DNA of 54,643 bases from Candidatus Moraniibacteriota bacterium (lineage in GTDB: Bacteria; Patescibacteriota; Minisyncoccia; Moranbacterales; UBA2206): positions 1 to 54,643 of the forward strand of contig JAPLXG010000004.1 in NCBI GenBank assembly GCA_026396175.1, in the 5' to 3' direction. How positions within the stretch are numbered: the first letter of the stretch is position 1; every line of letters begins with the position of its first letter. Of this stretch, positions 44,183 through 53,050 are shown one piece after another. Under the pieces are notes generated by a model. It ran no database searches. It was given only the letters and a program-made list of their open reading frames with translations, and had not been told where the DNA came from. A program made the translations under genes and the position numbers.

Positions 44183-45202
44183 TTATTGACTTTGAAACAT
44201 AACTTTCGCCGCGTCCCAAACTTCCGGATGATTATTCCCGAATTTGAGCCAATACCACCATTCTGCGCCCCACAGATAAATTTCCGGAAAACCGACTTGT
44301 CTGGCAAAAGAAACATTGGCTTGCAACTTCTGCGCGTTCATCGATTCAAATTGTTTGTCTAGCGGTTGATTGGTCGTCCAACCGGCAATCCAGGGTTCCG
44401 CCTGCAGTTCGATCACAATCGCGTTATCGTTTTTAGTAAATATTTGATTCATCCAATATTTAAACTGGAAAAAGCGCGGACCGATTGGATAGGTATAAAA
44501 TCCACCATACTTAGCGCTATAAATCGTGCGGTACATCGTTGTGCCAAAGATATCGGCGCGCGAAATTGCTTGCCGCCACAAGCTCAATTCTCCCGAATCG
44601 GTGATGATAATTTTGCGGCTCGGATCAGTCTGCCGCGCCACAGCAATTTCACTGTCCAAAAGATTAGTGTCGAGATCCGGACAAACACCAAACTTCAAAA
44701 ATGGTTCGTTTTCAATCTGCCAATATTTCACCGCCGAAGAATTTTTATAACGCGAAACGACGACACGCACAAAATCCACCAGTTCTGTTTTTCTTTTAGC
44801 ATCATCATTTTTGAGATATTCCGGGATAAAGCACTCCGGCCAGCGTGGCACTTTTTGTCCAACTACCAAAATTAATTCCGCATTTCTTTCTTGGGCTTCT
44901 TGCACTTGCCAATCTAAATCTTTGAAATCATATTGCCCGAGTTGCGGTTCCACCCAATCCCAATAAACCGGAATGCGGATTTTCCGCGCGCCCAAATCAT
45001 CCATAGTAGCGAGATAGACCGCGCGCCAATCCAGCCCGATATCCTCGGCATAGCGCTTGGAAAAAGTGATGCCCAATTTCGCGTCAGTATTTTCATTGAG
45101 CACGGGAATGTTGAAATAAATCAAAAGAATGCAAGCCAAGGCGAAAATCACAAGAAAGGTTTTGAAAATAAATTTGAGCACAGCTTTGATTTTTTGTTTC
45201 AT
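44183..45202 (-). CDS. Clan GH-A glycoside hydrolase-like protein with an N-terminal TM
   Basis: RIPVYWDWVEP, WQIENEP, ELQAEPW. Confidence 0.75.
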   Translation of the reverse strand: MKQKIKAVLKFIFKTFLVIFALACILLIYFNIPVLNENTDAKLGITFSKRYAEDIGLDWRAVYLATMDDLGARKIRIPVYWDWVEPQLGQYDFKDLDWQVQEAQERNAELILVVGQKVPRWPECFIPEYLKNDDAKRKTELVDFVRVVVSRYKNSSAVKYWQIENEPFLKFGVCPDLDTNLLDSEIAVARQTDPSRKIIITDSGELSLWRQAISRADIFGTTMYRTIYSAKYGGFYTYPIGPRFFQFKYWMNQIFTKNDNAIVIELQAEPWIAGWTTNQPLDKQFESMNAQKLQANVSFARQVGFPEIYLWGAEWWYWLKFGNNHPEVWDAAKVMFQSQ

Positions 45203-45261
45203 ATTTATTTATAAACCCTGTGTCCAAAAGAAGCCTGATCCACAGCGTTGAGAATAATAAT

Positions 45262-45372
45262 TCTAAATTTTAAGTTTAAAATTTTAAATAAAGTCTAAAT
45301 TAAAAGAATTTTAAATTAAGAATTTAATCATTTGGATTTGATTTTAAATTTTAAATTTAGCCTTTCAAATTT
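45262..45372. repeat. Family H AT-rich heptamer-like array; others at about 36455-36592 and 38363-38446, and in-frame in uvrA and uvrC
   Basis: Tandem TTTAAAT / AAATTGG / GAAAATT-type units. Confidence 0.55.
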
Positions 45373-45375
45373 CAT

Positions 45376-46314
45376 TTACTTCTTCATATGCGAAACTAAA
45401 AATATTCCAATAGCGATAATCACAATCGCGAAAATTTTCTGCAAAACGGTTTTGAGATCCTTTTTTTCTTGCATCACTTCCGGCACCCAGGCGGAAAAAA
45501 TAATGCCAAGGATGAAAATAAAGACATATTCCACGGAAACCAGGGCGCTGACAATCGTCACGCTGGCAGCCGCCAGCGAAGTGGCATATTCCTTGAGAAA
45601 TGATCCACTACCACCTAAAATTTTGGCTAAAACGAACGATCCGCCGGATTGCTTGCTTTCTTTTCCCGGTTTTTTGAATTTCAAAAGTGAACCCAAAATG
45701 GCTTTTCGCCAAGTGGGAATCAGAAAAAAACTGAGTGTCCCTAAGAATGCCCCCATCCGCGTCCAGCCAAAAACATTCAAAAAATTATCGTGGATATAGA
45801 GCGATTTGATCATCGTCGCCGCTATGGCTAGAAAAAACCCCGCCAAAAGCGAAGCTCGAAAACCCCGGAAAAATACGCGCTCCTCTAGCTTATCCAATTC
45901 AAAAGAGATGAGCAGTCCGCCGAAAATGAGGACTCCAATTCCCAAAATTCCGCGCGCGCCTAAACGCTCGTGCAAAAATATGACCGCCAGGAAAAAAGTG
46001 ACAATTGGAATCACCGCCCCCACCACCGGAAGCACGCGACTGGCCTCGCCTTTACGCACGGCAAAAAACAACGCCAACATTCCATAGATAAAAATCATTC
46101 CGGCAATGAAGCTGAAAAATATCTTTGCCAGACTAATGATATGAAAACCGCCAAAAACAAGACCAATAACAATGGCGAAGAGCCCCATCGTCCCGGAATA
46201 AAAGGCATAGATGGCCGGATGGGAAACGCGTTTGGAAGAAAGCAAAAACTTGTCCAGAATAATTTCCAACGCCAAAAGAAAATACGCGACTATGGTAATG
46301 ATTAGCCAGTTCAT
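45376..46314 (-). CDS. EamA/DMT family transporter
   Basis: About 10 TM segments; GEASRVLP, FLHERL. Confidence 0.85.
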   Translation of the reverse strand: MNWLIITIVAYFLLALEIILDKFLLSSKRVSHPAIYAFYSGTMGLFAIVIGLVFGGFHIISLAKIFFSFIAGMIFIYGMLALFFAVRKGEASRVLPVVGAVIPIVTFFLAVIFLHERLGARGILGIGVLIFGGLLISFELDKLEERVFFRGFRASLLAGFFLAIAATMIKSLYIHDNFLNVFGWTRMGAFLGTLSFFLIPTWRKAILGSLLKFKKPGKESKQSGGSFVLAKILGGSGSFLKEYATSLAAASVTIVSALVSVEYVFIFILGIIFSAWVPEVMQEKKDLKTVLQKIFAIVIIAIGIFLVSHMKK

Positions 46315-46370
46315 AAGTTTATTATACACCATAATTTGACACAAAACCAGCTTTGGACTAAAATTATGTC

Positions 46371-46727
46371 ATGGTAAAAAACACTAAGACAAAAAACGAG
46401 TATATTACCTCCAAGGACTTAGCAGAACAAACTAAGACCATTCTTGAAGCGGTTGATTTTTCTTTGCAAAAATATCACAAAGAAACGGAGGCGCGATTCG
46501 ATGGTTTAACTAAGGAATTATATGCAGTCAGAAGTGAATTAAAAACCGAGATTAGAGAGGTAAGAGATGAGCTGAAAGCTGACATTAATAATGTTCAAAT
46601 TTTGATTGACGGTTATGTTAAGGCGCAGGAAGATTTTAAGCAGGAATTCGTGATTATGAAAGAAGAGGTGCGGATGATGAAACAGATTTTCAAAGAAAAA
46701 CTGGGCGTAGAAATTCGGGCATTTTAA
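46371..46727 (+). CDS. Coiled-coil hypothetical protein
   Basis: VRSELKTEIREVRDELKADI; terminator at 46749-46773. Confidence 0.7.
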   Translation: MVKNTKTKNEYITSKDLAEQTKTILEAVDFSLQKYHKETEARFDGLTKELYAVRSELKTEIREVRDELKADINNVQILIDGYVKAQEDFKQEFVIMKEEVRMMKQIFKEKLGVEIRAF

Positions 46728-46840
46728 TTTGAATTTGTTTTGATTTTAAAAACCGACGATTAGTCGGTTTTTTTGTGTTTTTCAATCAGTGCAATCAGAA
46801 AAATCAGTGCGAACCTGCCTACCGGCAGGCAGGTCAGTGG

Positions 46841-47566
46841 TCACGAATTCGCCTTTCCATAATATAGCGCCACGTCTGAAATCCATTTGCGCACGCCGGC
46901 CGGATCGTGCCCGGCGCAACTGGAACCGCATTTCCAAACTACCATTTTTTCCGCCGTATCAATTTTTTTATCCAATAGCTCCCGGATTCTTTCTCCTACC
47001 ATCGCGATTGCTTGTTCGGGCGAATCAAAACAGCTGTAGCCGGAATCAGTTTGATTATATGTCCCGCGATAGCCCCAATAGTTGAAGCAATCACGACCAT
47101 CTTTTTGGGGAGCATATTTTCCAAAATCACTTTCTTTTTTGGCAATCGCGATTAAAAAGGAAGCGGTTTCATTGTCGCACTTAGCGATAAACGGCAACAT
47201 TTCTTCCAATGGACTACCGGATACTAAATCTTGATATTTTTGCTCTTGGTCATTTTTCGGTTCAGTGTCCTTTCTCTCCTGCGCGCTTTTTTCTTGTTGC
47301 TCTTTCTGTTTTTCCAGCTCAATTTTCTCCACACTATTTTTGACCTTTTCCATCGGATCAAATTTAAGTAGGGACGGTTCATAAATCGCGTCTATGCTGT
47401 TGATGCTAGCATCCGGCATAACCTCCAGATCCGCTTTGACGGAAGTCGCTAGCGTGCTGTTTTCCTGAAAATAGACTGAAAAAAACAGCCCCATAGCGAG
47501 TATGAGCGTCATTTTGCCTCTAATATTTGGTTTTCCGATCCCCTTACTCGGCAGTTCGTCGTCCAT
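46841..47566 (-). CDS. Putative lysozyme-like (glucosaminidase-type) cell-wall hydrolase
   Basis: LIAIAKKESDFGK, NYWGY, FDSPEQAI. Confidence 0.6.
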   Translation of the reverse strand: MDDELPSKGIGKPNIRGKMTLILAMGLFFSVYFQENSTLATSVKADLEVMPDASINSIDAIYEPSLLKFDPMEKVKNSVEKIELEKQKEQQEKSAQERKDTEPKNDQEQKYQDLVSGSPLEEMLPFIAKCDNETASFLIAIAKKESDFGKYAPQKDGRDCFNYWGYRGTYNQTDSGYSCFDSPEQAIAMVGERIRELLDKKIDTAEKMVVWKCGSSCAGHDPAGVRKWISDVALYYGKANS

Positions 47567-47675
47567 AAAAGCCTTGCCCCTGTCCTCCTTCGCTCTTCAA
47601 TTATGGTTAAAAAATCACCCAATTATTCTAGCAGGAATCGGATTTAAGGTCAAGCGCCTATTTCTCTTTTTGAGA

Positions 47676-48791
47676 TCAATCCAAGCATTTTTTAAATTCC
47701 GGATATCTCTCAAAAAAATCTGTGTCTTGGTTTTGGGTTATTTTCTTTTCCGAAAAACAATAGTTGAGGATTTTTTGCAAGTACTCGGTAGATACCGGTC
47801 CGTAATCAGGAATAAATTTTTCCAGATTGCCAAAATTCATCAGGGATGACTCGGTCGGTCGGATAAAATTGTCCGATCCGGCGCAAGTTTTGAAATAACC
47901 GACACGGTTGGGATATTTTTTGGCCAAATCCCCCCACCATTCTTTAGCCGTTTCCTCATCCGGAGCGCAGTTGGGACCATCAGGTGTGTGGGGCGCGCCA
48001 TCCGCTTTGGCAATAACAAATTTTTCTTCGTCTTTTAGGCCGAAAGAATGACCAAGTAAATGAGCAAACAGATAGCTGATGGCAAGACTGTTGCTCTCAT
48101 CGAGTTTGTCTTTCAAGCTGAAAAATATCCCAGAATTTTCCAGGCGCGTCACGTTGGCCCAAGATTGAAAATCTTGTCGAGAAAGCACGATCAATCTGAA
48201 ATTTTCCAATTGCAACTTTCCTAGATAATCATTGATTTTTGCGTCGCAACGCAAGACGGGCTTTCTCTCGTTTTCCGTCTTGACCTGACACAATTGCGTT
48301 TCCATTCCCGGATTTATTTTATAGATATTATAATTAGCATATGTCTTCCATGGCTCAATCTGCCCTATACCAATCATCAGATCAGTAATGTCATTATCAA
48401 ACTCGTCCCAGGAATTATAGTCATCGGCGAAAAAAACCAAATTCAGTCCGCGCGGATGAACTGCTTGGGGATTATGATAGAAATCCGTTTTTTTGACTTC
48501 TTGCGAACTCGCAGGATTTGCCGGAACTAAAAAATCATTTTTAGCATTATGCCGGAAACTAAAAAAGTAAACTATTCCCAGTGCTAAAATGATCGCGGAA
48601 AGAAAAATCAGCAATTTAAATCGGCCCTTTTCTGTTGTAGGATTTGGTTTTTTTGTGTCTGCAAACGTCTTGTCATCGGTTATTTTTAAAACAGATCCTT
48701 TTCTTCCAAAAAAATACCAAAAAAGAGCAGCCAGCAAACTGCTGTTTAGGATGACCACGCAAATAATGACGAGAATTAACTTAATATCCAT
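47676..48791 (-). CDS. Membrane-anchored M64-like zincin-fold protein with a degenerate zinc motif
   Basis: NLVFFAD, EPWKTY, HLLGHSFGLKDE, PTESSLM. Confidence 0.55.
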   Translation of the reverse strand: MDIKLILVIICVVILNSSLLAALFWYFFGRKGSVLKITDDKTFADTKKPNPTTEKGRFKLLIFLSAIILALGIVYFFSFRHNAKNDFLVPANPASSQEVKKTDFYHNPQAVHPRGLNLVFFADDYNSWDEFDNDITDLMIGIGQIEPWKTYANYNIYKINPGMETQLCQVKTENERKPVLRCDAKINDYLGKLQLENFRLIVLSRQDFQSWANVTRLENSGIFFSLKDKLDESNSLAISYLFAHLLGHSFGLKDEEKFVIAKADGAPHTPDGPNCAPDEETAKEWWGDLAKKYPNRVGYFKTCAGSDNFIRPTESSLMNFGNLEKFIPDYGPVSTEYLQKILNYCFSEKKITQNQDTDFFERYPEFKKCLD

Positions 48792-48797
48792 AGCGGT

Positions 48798-49352
48798 CTA
48801 TTTTTTTATCAGATCCAGTTCGCCTAAGTCTTTTTCCGAATTGGCCTCGAGAAAAAAAGCTGGGGCATCGCCTTTCAGGCGGTAAGTATTGTCCTCGGGA
48901 AGCACCTCGGCGTAGTAACGGCCGGAATTCAAAGAAATCTCTATTTTTCCACTTTTATCCGTCTTGGTTTCAAAAATCTTTTCGCCTACCGCGATGAATT
49001 TTATGCGCACGGAAAAATCCGGAGCTTTTTCGGTGTCCGCCAAAAGAATTTTCGCCCTGATTACTCCGGGGGCAATCGCCGGATCAAAAGCCGGCGCGCT
49101 TGGCTCTGCTTGGGCGGCGGCAACTTGTTCATTTCTGGCTTTCGTCTCAGCATCAATTTTTGTGAGTTCCGCCAAGTCTTTTTGTTCTTGGCTCTGATAA
49201 TCCACAATTTTTGTTTCTTGCGCTTGGTAGGCGGGATTATTGGAAAACAATTCCTCTCCATAGGAAGTTAGTTTGACAATAGTGTAGGGAGAAAAAACGA
49301 TCGCCAGGATAATCAAGGGGAAAATTATGAACGTGATTTTTTTGTTTGGCAT
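48798..49352 (-). CDS. Membrane-anchored protein with a C-terminal prealbumin-like beta-sandwich
   Basis: TM, TKTDKSGKIEISLNSGRY. Confidence 0.6.
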   Translation of the reverse strand: MPNKKITFIIFPLIILAIVFSPYTIVKLTSYGEELFSNNPAYQAQETKIVDYQSQEQKDLAELTKIDAETKARNEQVAAAQAEPSAPAFDPAIAPGVIRAKILLADTEKAPDFSVRIKFIAVGEKIFETKTDKSGKIEISLNSGRYYAEVLPEDNTYRLKGDAPAFFLEANSEKDLGELDLIKK

Positions 49353-49414
49353 AGATTTTTTTTGTTAGGAATAATTAGTTTTCTAGTTTGACACCTGAAA
49401 AATTTGACTTACAC

Positions 49415-52400
49415 TCAATTGCAACACATAACATGGTTACCGGTAGCACAAGAGCTAGCTGATTGTACGGCAGAATTTGGATAAATCATCGTTCCATAAT
49501 AACTACCTGAATTAGTTGTCCAGTTCCAACAGTCGCTATTAGTTGTGTTATTGCCTCCATTATTAGAATGGTTATCCACCCAACCGCCACTGGCAATAAC
49601 TGTATACCCCAATGTGAAATTATATATTCGTCCAATATACTCCGTTTGCGTACACATATGATAACCGGTAGCACAGGCTGTGGATGCACTTGCACCATCA
49701 GGTGTCCCCGTTGTTAAATAATAATAGCTTCTCATATTGCTCTGAACATACTTTATCGCCGCAAACAAAGTCGAACTCATCGAAGCCGCATCCGCATTCG
49801 TGCCGATCCTTGAAAGAATCGTCGTTTGATTAGCCGCTGTTGCGTCGCCAAAAGCGGATGAATCAAAACCATCTAATTTATCAGCATTCAAGGCATAGCC
49901 AACTTTCACCGGTGAGCCATGATTGGAAGTTATGTACCAATACGTACCATCCCAAGCATTAGAGATATAATAGGATCCCGGATGAGAGGTGGACCAAAGA
50001 TAGGTGGAATAAGTTGATGTTGTGGCAGTAGTAGCTGTTGTGGCAGTAGTAGCGCTTGTCGCATTGCCTGATAAAGCACCGGAAAAGGTAGGCGCGGTCA
50101 CGGTGCCGGTGCCATAGATTGGACCCTGAAAATACCCGGCGTAAGCTGACCCAGTTGCCAATAAACCATATCCTCCCGTACCGTTAGCATGGATTGTCCA
50201 GTCCGCAGCGGATTGAGTGACCTGAAGTTTATAGGAAGCAGCGGACGTATCACCTATTTTTACATTCCCATATGCCATAATAGTTCCTCCTGAGTTACCG
50301 ATTCTTGTCGGACCCGAGCCGTCTTGGTTGTAATAACAGGAGCCTCCATTGTTGCAATAAAACTGGTTTGAATCTTGTATTGTGCTTGAGTCATTAGTGA
50401 CACGGAAAGATGTACCGTATACAGTACTAGAAAATGAAGAGTAACTTGCATAGTTACCACTATCAAGCATCTTTCTCCACGCTCTCAATGTCCCTGCCGT
50501 AGCCTGACGCACATAAACATTGTCATCACTATATTGACCAACAATCTGAATACCATAACCACCAGAATAGTGCATTGATTGAAAACCCTGCACATGAGAC
50601 AAGCCCGACGGATAACCTGTTCCACCCCACACATCAATGAACCCAGCCCGCCCGTTAGTGAAAACTTCATCCGGCCCTTGAGCGTTGCGCCCCATCGCAC
50701 CCGTGTCATAGGTAGGATTCGCACCATCCGCTCCATAAGGATCACCATGATTGTAATGCTGAAGCCTAAGGCCATTAATCGTAGTTGTTACATTGGTGGC
50801 GGTTGCCGCATTACCACTTATGTTAACCTGCGGATTCGCTGCAGAGTATACACGATTGCCTACATCATATAACCCGGAAGCATTTAAAGAAGTATTAGAA
50901 TAAAGCCCCCAAGTGGTACTCCCAGCTAAATAATATGAGGCGTTTGTTCCCGATCCTTGACCAGATTGATAACCGGGATAAATATACTGCGCAGTGCCTT
51001 GGGTCACGGTACCGTTTAAATATACGCCCGCTGAATTACCAACGTTCGTTACTCCGGTACCTGACCAGTTGAGATAACAGGCAGATGCACTGTTGCAATA
51101 AAACTGATTACTGTTCATGCGGGAAAGAGCCCCGGCAGTGCTGATAATCTCACCGCTTAAATTCACATTTGCAAATGTCGGACTTGATGTCGTTAATACT
51201 GCCTGATTTAAATAAGCAGAAAGATAGGTACTTCTTACACCAAGATAAATATCATTATTTGCCCAAAAGTTATAGGCTGCCCAACCCTTCGTTCCATAGG
51301 CACCAGCATCATTATAAAGATACACCCAATCACCAGATTGCAGAAACTTCATATCCGTTCCAAGCCAAAGAGTAGCGCCCGCAATATCTAATGTCCCAGT
51401 TAAGGCAGCGGCAGAACTAATTGTCTGACCATTAATGAGGCCAGAAGTGATTGTGTTTGCTCCAAGATTAAGAGCGCCACTTGAAGTAATTGCACCAGAA
51501 TTAAATGTCCCTGCTATTTGCATATTACCAGTTGTAACTTCTATTGCGGCTTTTGGTGCAACGCCTGTAGCACCCCAGACAAATCCTCTTCCTGCCGTAG
51601 CATCCATTTGGGTTTTAATACTATAAGTTGTAACTGGACCATAATAATAATCAGCAGCAGCTCCCATGGAAATTTTGTAATTTGTACAATCAGTCCAGAA
51701 ACAAAGGCCATTGCCACTAGCGGCTGAAACCTTATAATATGGTGCTGTTACATCAGTAGAGACCGCCACGGTGCCCGTAAAATTCGCCGCGGAGGAAATT
51801 GTTTGACCATTAATGAGACCGGAAGTGATGGTGTTGGCTCCCATTGCCAGCGCTCCCGAAAGAGTAAGCGAGGTCAATGTTCCCACAGAAGTTATGTTGG
51901 GCTGAGCCGCTGTTGTTACTGTCGCCGCAGTTCCGGTTGTATTTTGATTTAGCGTTGGAAAATCCCCCGCCACAGCAATGCTTGGCACGCCTGTTCCGGT
52001 AGTATTTTTGAGAATTCCAGTACCCAAACCGGACATCAATGTGCCATTAATTTTAACCACCGTGAGGGCGGTTGCTCCCGTGGCATCTCCAGTATGCGTA
52101 GCATTAGTGACTAGGCCAGAGTAGAGTGTGTTGACGGCATTGTCTCCGGTGTTGCTTCCACTAAAAGAGAGATTTGGAACGTTGCCTAGGCCAACCATCG
52201 TGGCAGTAACACCCGAAACTGTGCCAGTAAAAGTGGGACTGGTAAACATTGTTGCTTTGCTTTCATTGGTGACATTTCCTAAACCAATTTCACTGGCAGT
52301 ATAAGTCGGTTTAGTAGCCGCCTTTGCCCAGGCATAAATAGTGGGATCGGTTTCGCTGAAGCTATTTGAGCTCCAGCTTGGCACCCCACTAGAAACGGTA

Positions 52401-53050
52401 AGAATTTTACCTTCCGCCCCAATCGCTAATTTAGAAAGCGTCGTACCGGAAGCGTAGTAGAGAATGTCGCCACTGGTATAGCTGGAAATTCCCGTGCCAC
52501 CATTGGGAACAGTTAGGGCAAGCGTTAAGTTTAGATTGTTGAAAGTGGGCGTATCGGTCGTTTGAACATTTTGATTCATAGCATACAGTTCGTATTGGCC
52601 TTGACCGGTACTGAGTGTGGCGAAAGTCGGACCACTGGTGGTGGTGATATTTTGAATCGTGTCGAGGGTGGTACCACCGGTCAGTTTGAAATTGGTGACA
52701 CTGTAGTTTAAACTGGCTGTGTTCGTGGTAAGGTTGAGTGGCGCCGTCCAACTATCGGCTCTGTTTGTGTAAGCCGTGTTCCAGTTAGTGGAAGTGCCAC
52801 CAGTTGTAGTAATCACTCCAGAACCCATATCCAGTGCCGTGCCGGGAGCAGTCGTGCCGATACCGAGGCGGTGATTAGTTGAGTCGAGGTAAAGTGTGCC
52901 ACTATCAAAGTTCAGCGAGTAGTGATTGATGGTGGGGTCAATGGTCAGATTAGCGTCTAAGGTCATGGCATTTTTCATCTCGCTAAAGTCAATCGAGTTA
53001 GCTTGGATGATGCCGGTTTCACCGGAGACCGCTCCCCAGTAAGCAGAGTG
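49415..53050 (-). CDS. Giant fibre/adhesin-like protein, C-terminal part after the frameshift, ending in a Cys-rich lectin-like domain
   Basis: Thr/Gly-rich repeats, RLGIGTTAP, NADKLDGFDSS; shares modules with the upstream frame. Confidence 0.75.
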   Translation of the reverse strand, partial: HSAYWGAVSGETGIIQANSIDFSEMKNAMTLDANLTIDPTINHYSLNFDSGTLYLDSTNHRLGIGTTAPGTALDMGSGVITTTGGTSTNWNTAYTNRADSWTAPLNLTTNTASLNYSVTNFKLTGGTTLDTIQNITTTSGPTFATLSTGQGQYELYAMNQNVQTTDTPTFNNLNLTLALTVPNGGTGISSYTSGDILYYASGTTLSKLAIGAEGKILTVSSGVPSWSSNSFSETDPTIYAWAKAATKPTYTASEIGLGNVTNESKATMFTSPTFTGTVSGVTATMVGLGNVPNLSFSGSNTGDNAVNTLYSGLVTNATHTGDATGATALTVVKINGTLMSGLGTGILKNTTGTGVPSIAVAGDFPTLNQNTTGTAATVTTAAQPNITSVGTLTSLTLSGALAMGANTITSGLINGQTISSAANFTGTVAVSTDVTAPYYKVSAASGNGLCFWTDCTNYKISMGAAADYYYGPVTTYSIKTQMDATAGRGFVWGATGVAPKAAIEVTTGNMQIAGTFNSGAITSSGALNLGANTITSGLINGQTISSAAALTGTLDIAGATLWLGTDMKFLQSGDWVYLYNDAGAYGTKGWAAYNFWANNDIYLGVRSTYLSAYLNQAVLTTSSPTFANVNLSGEIISTAGALSRMNSNQFYCNSASACYLNWSGTGVTNVGNSAGVYLNGTVTQGTAQYIYPGYQSGQGSGTNASYYLAGSTTWGLYSNTSLNASGLYDVGNRVYSAANPQVNISGNAATATNVTTTINGLRLQHYNHGDPYGADGANPTYDTGAMGRNAQGPDEVFTNGRAGFIDVWGGTGYPSGLSHVQGFQSMHYSGGYGIQIVGQYSDDNVYVRQATAGTLRAWRKMLDSGNYASYSSFSSTVYGTSFRVTNDSSTIQDSNQFYCNNGGSCYYNQDGSGPTRIGNSGGTIMAYGNVKIGDTSAASYKLQVTQSAADWTIHANGTGGYGLLATGSAYAGYFQGPIYGTGTVTAPTFSGALSGNATSATTATTATTATTSTYSTYLWSTSHPGSYYISNAWDGTYWYITSNHGSPVKVGYALNADKLDGFDSSAFGDATAANQTTILSRIGTNADAASMSSTLFAAIKYVQSNMRSYYYLTTGTPDGASASTACATGYHMCTQTEYIGRIYNFTLGYTVIASGGWVDNHSNNGGNNTTNSDCWNWTTNSGSYYGTMIYPNSAVQSASSCATGNHVMCCN

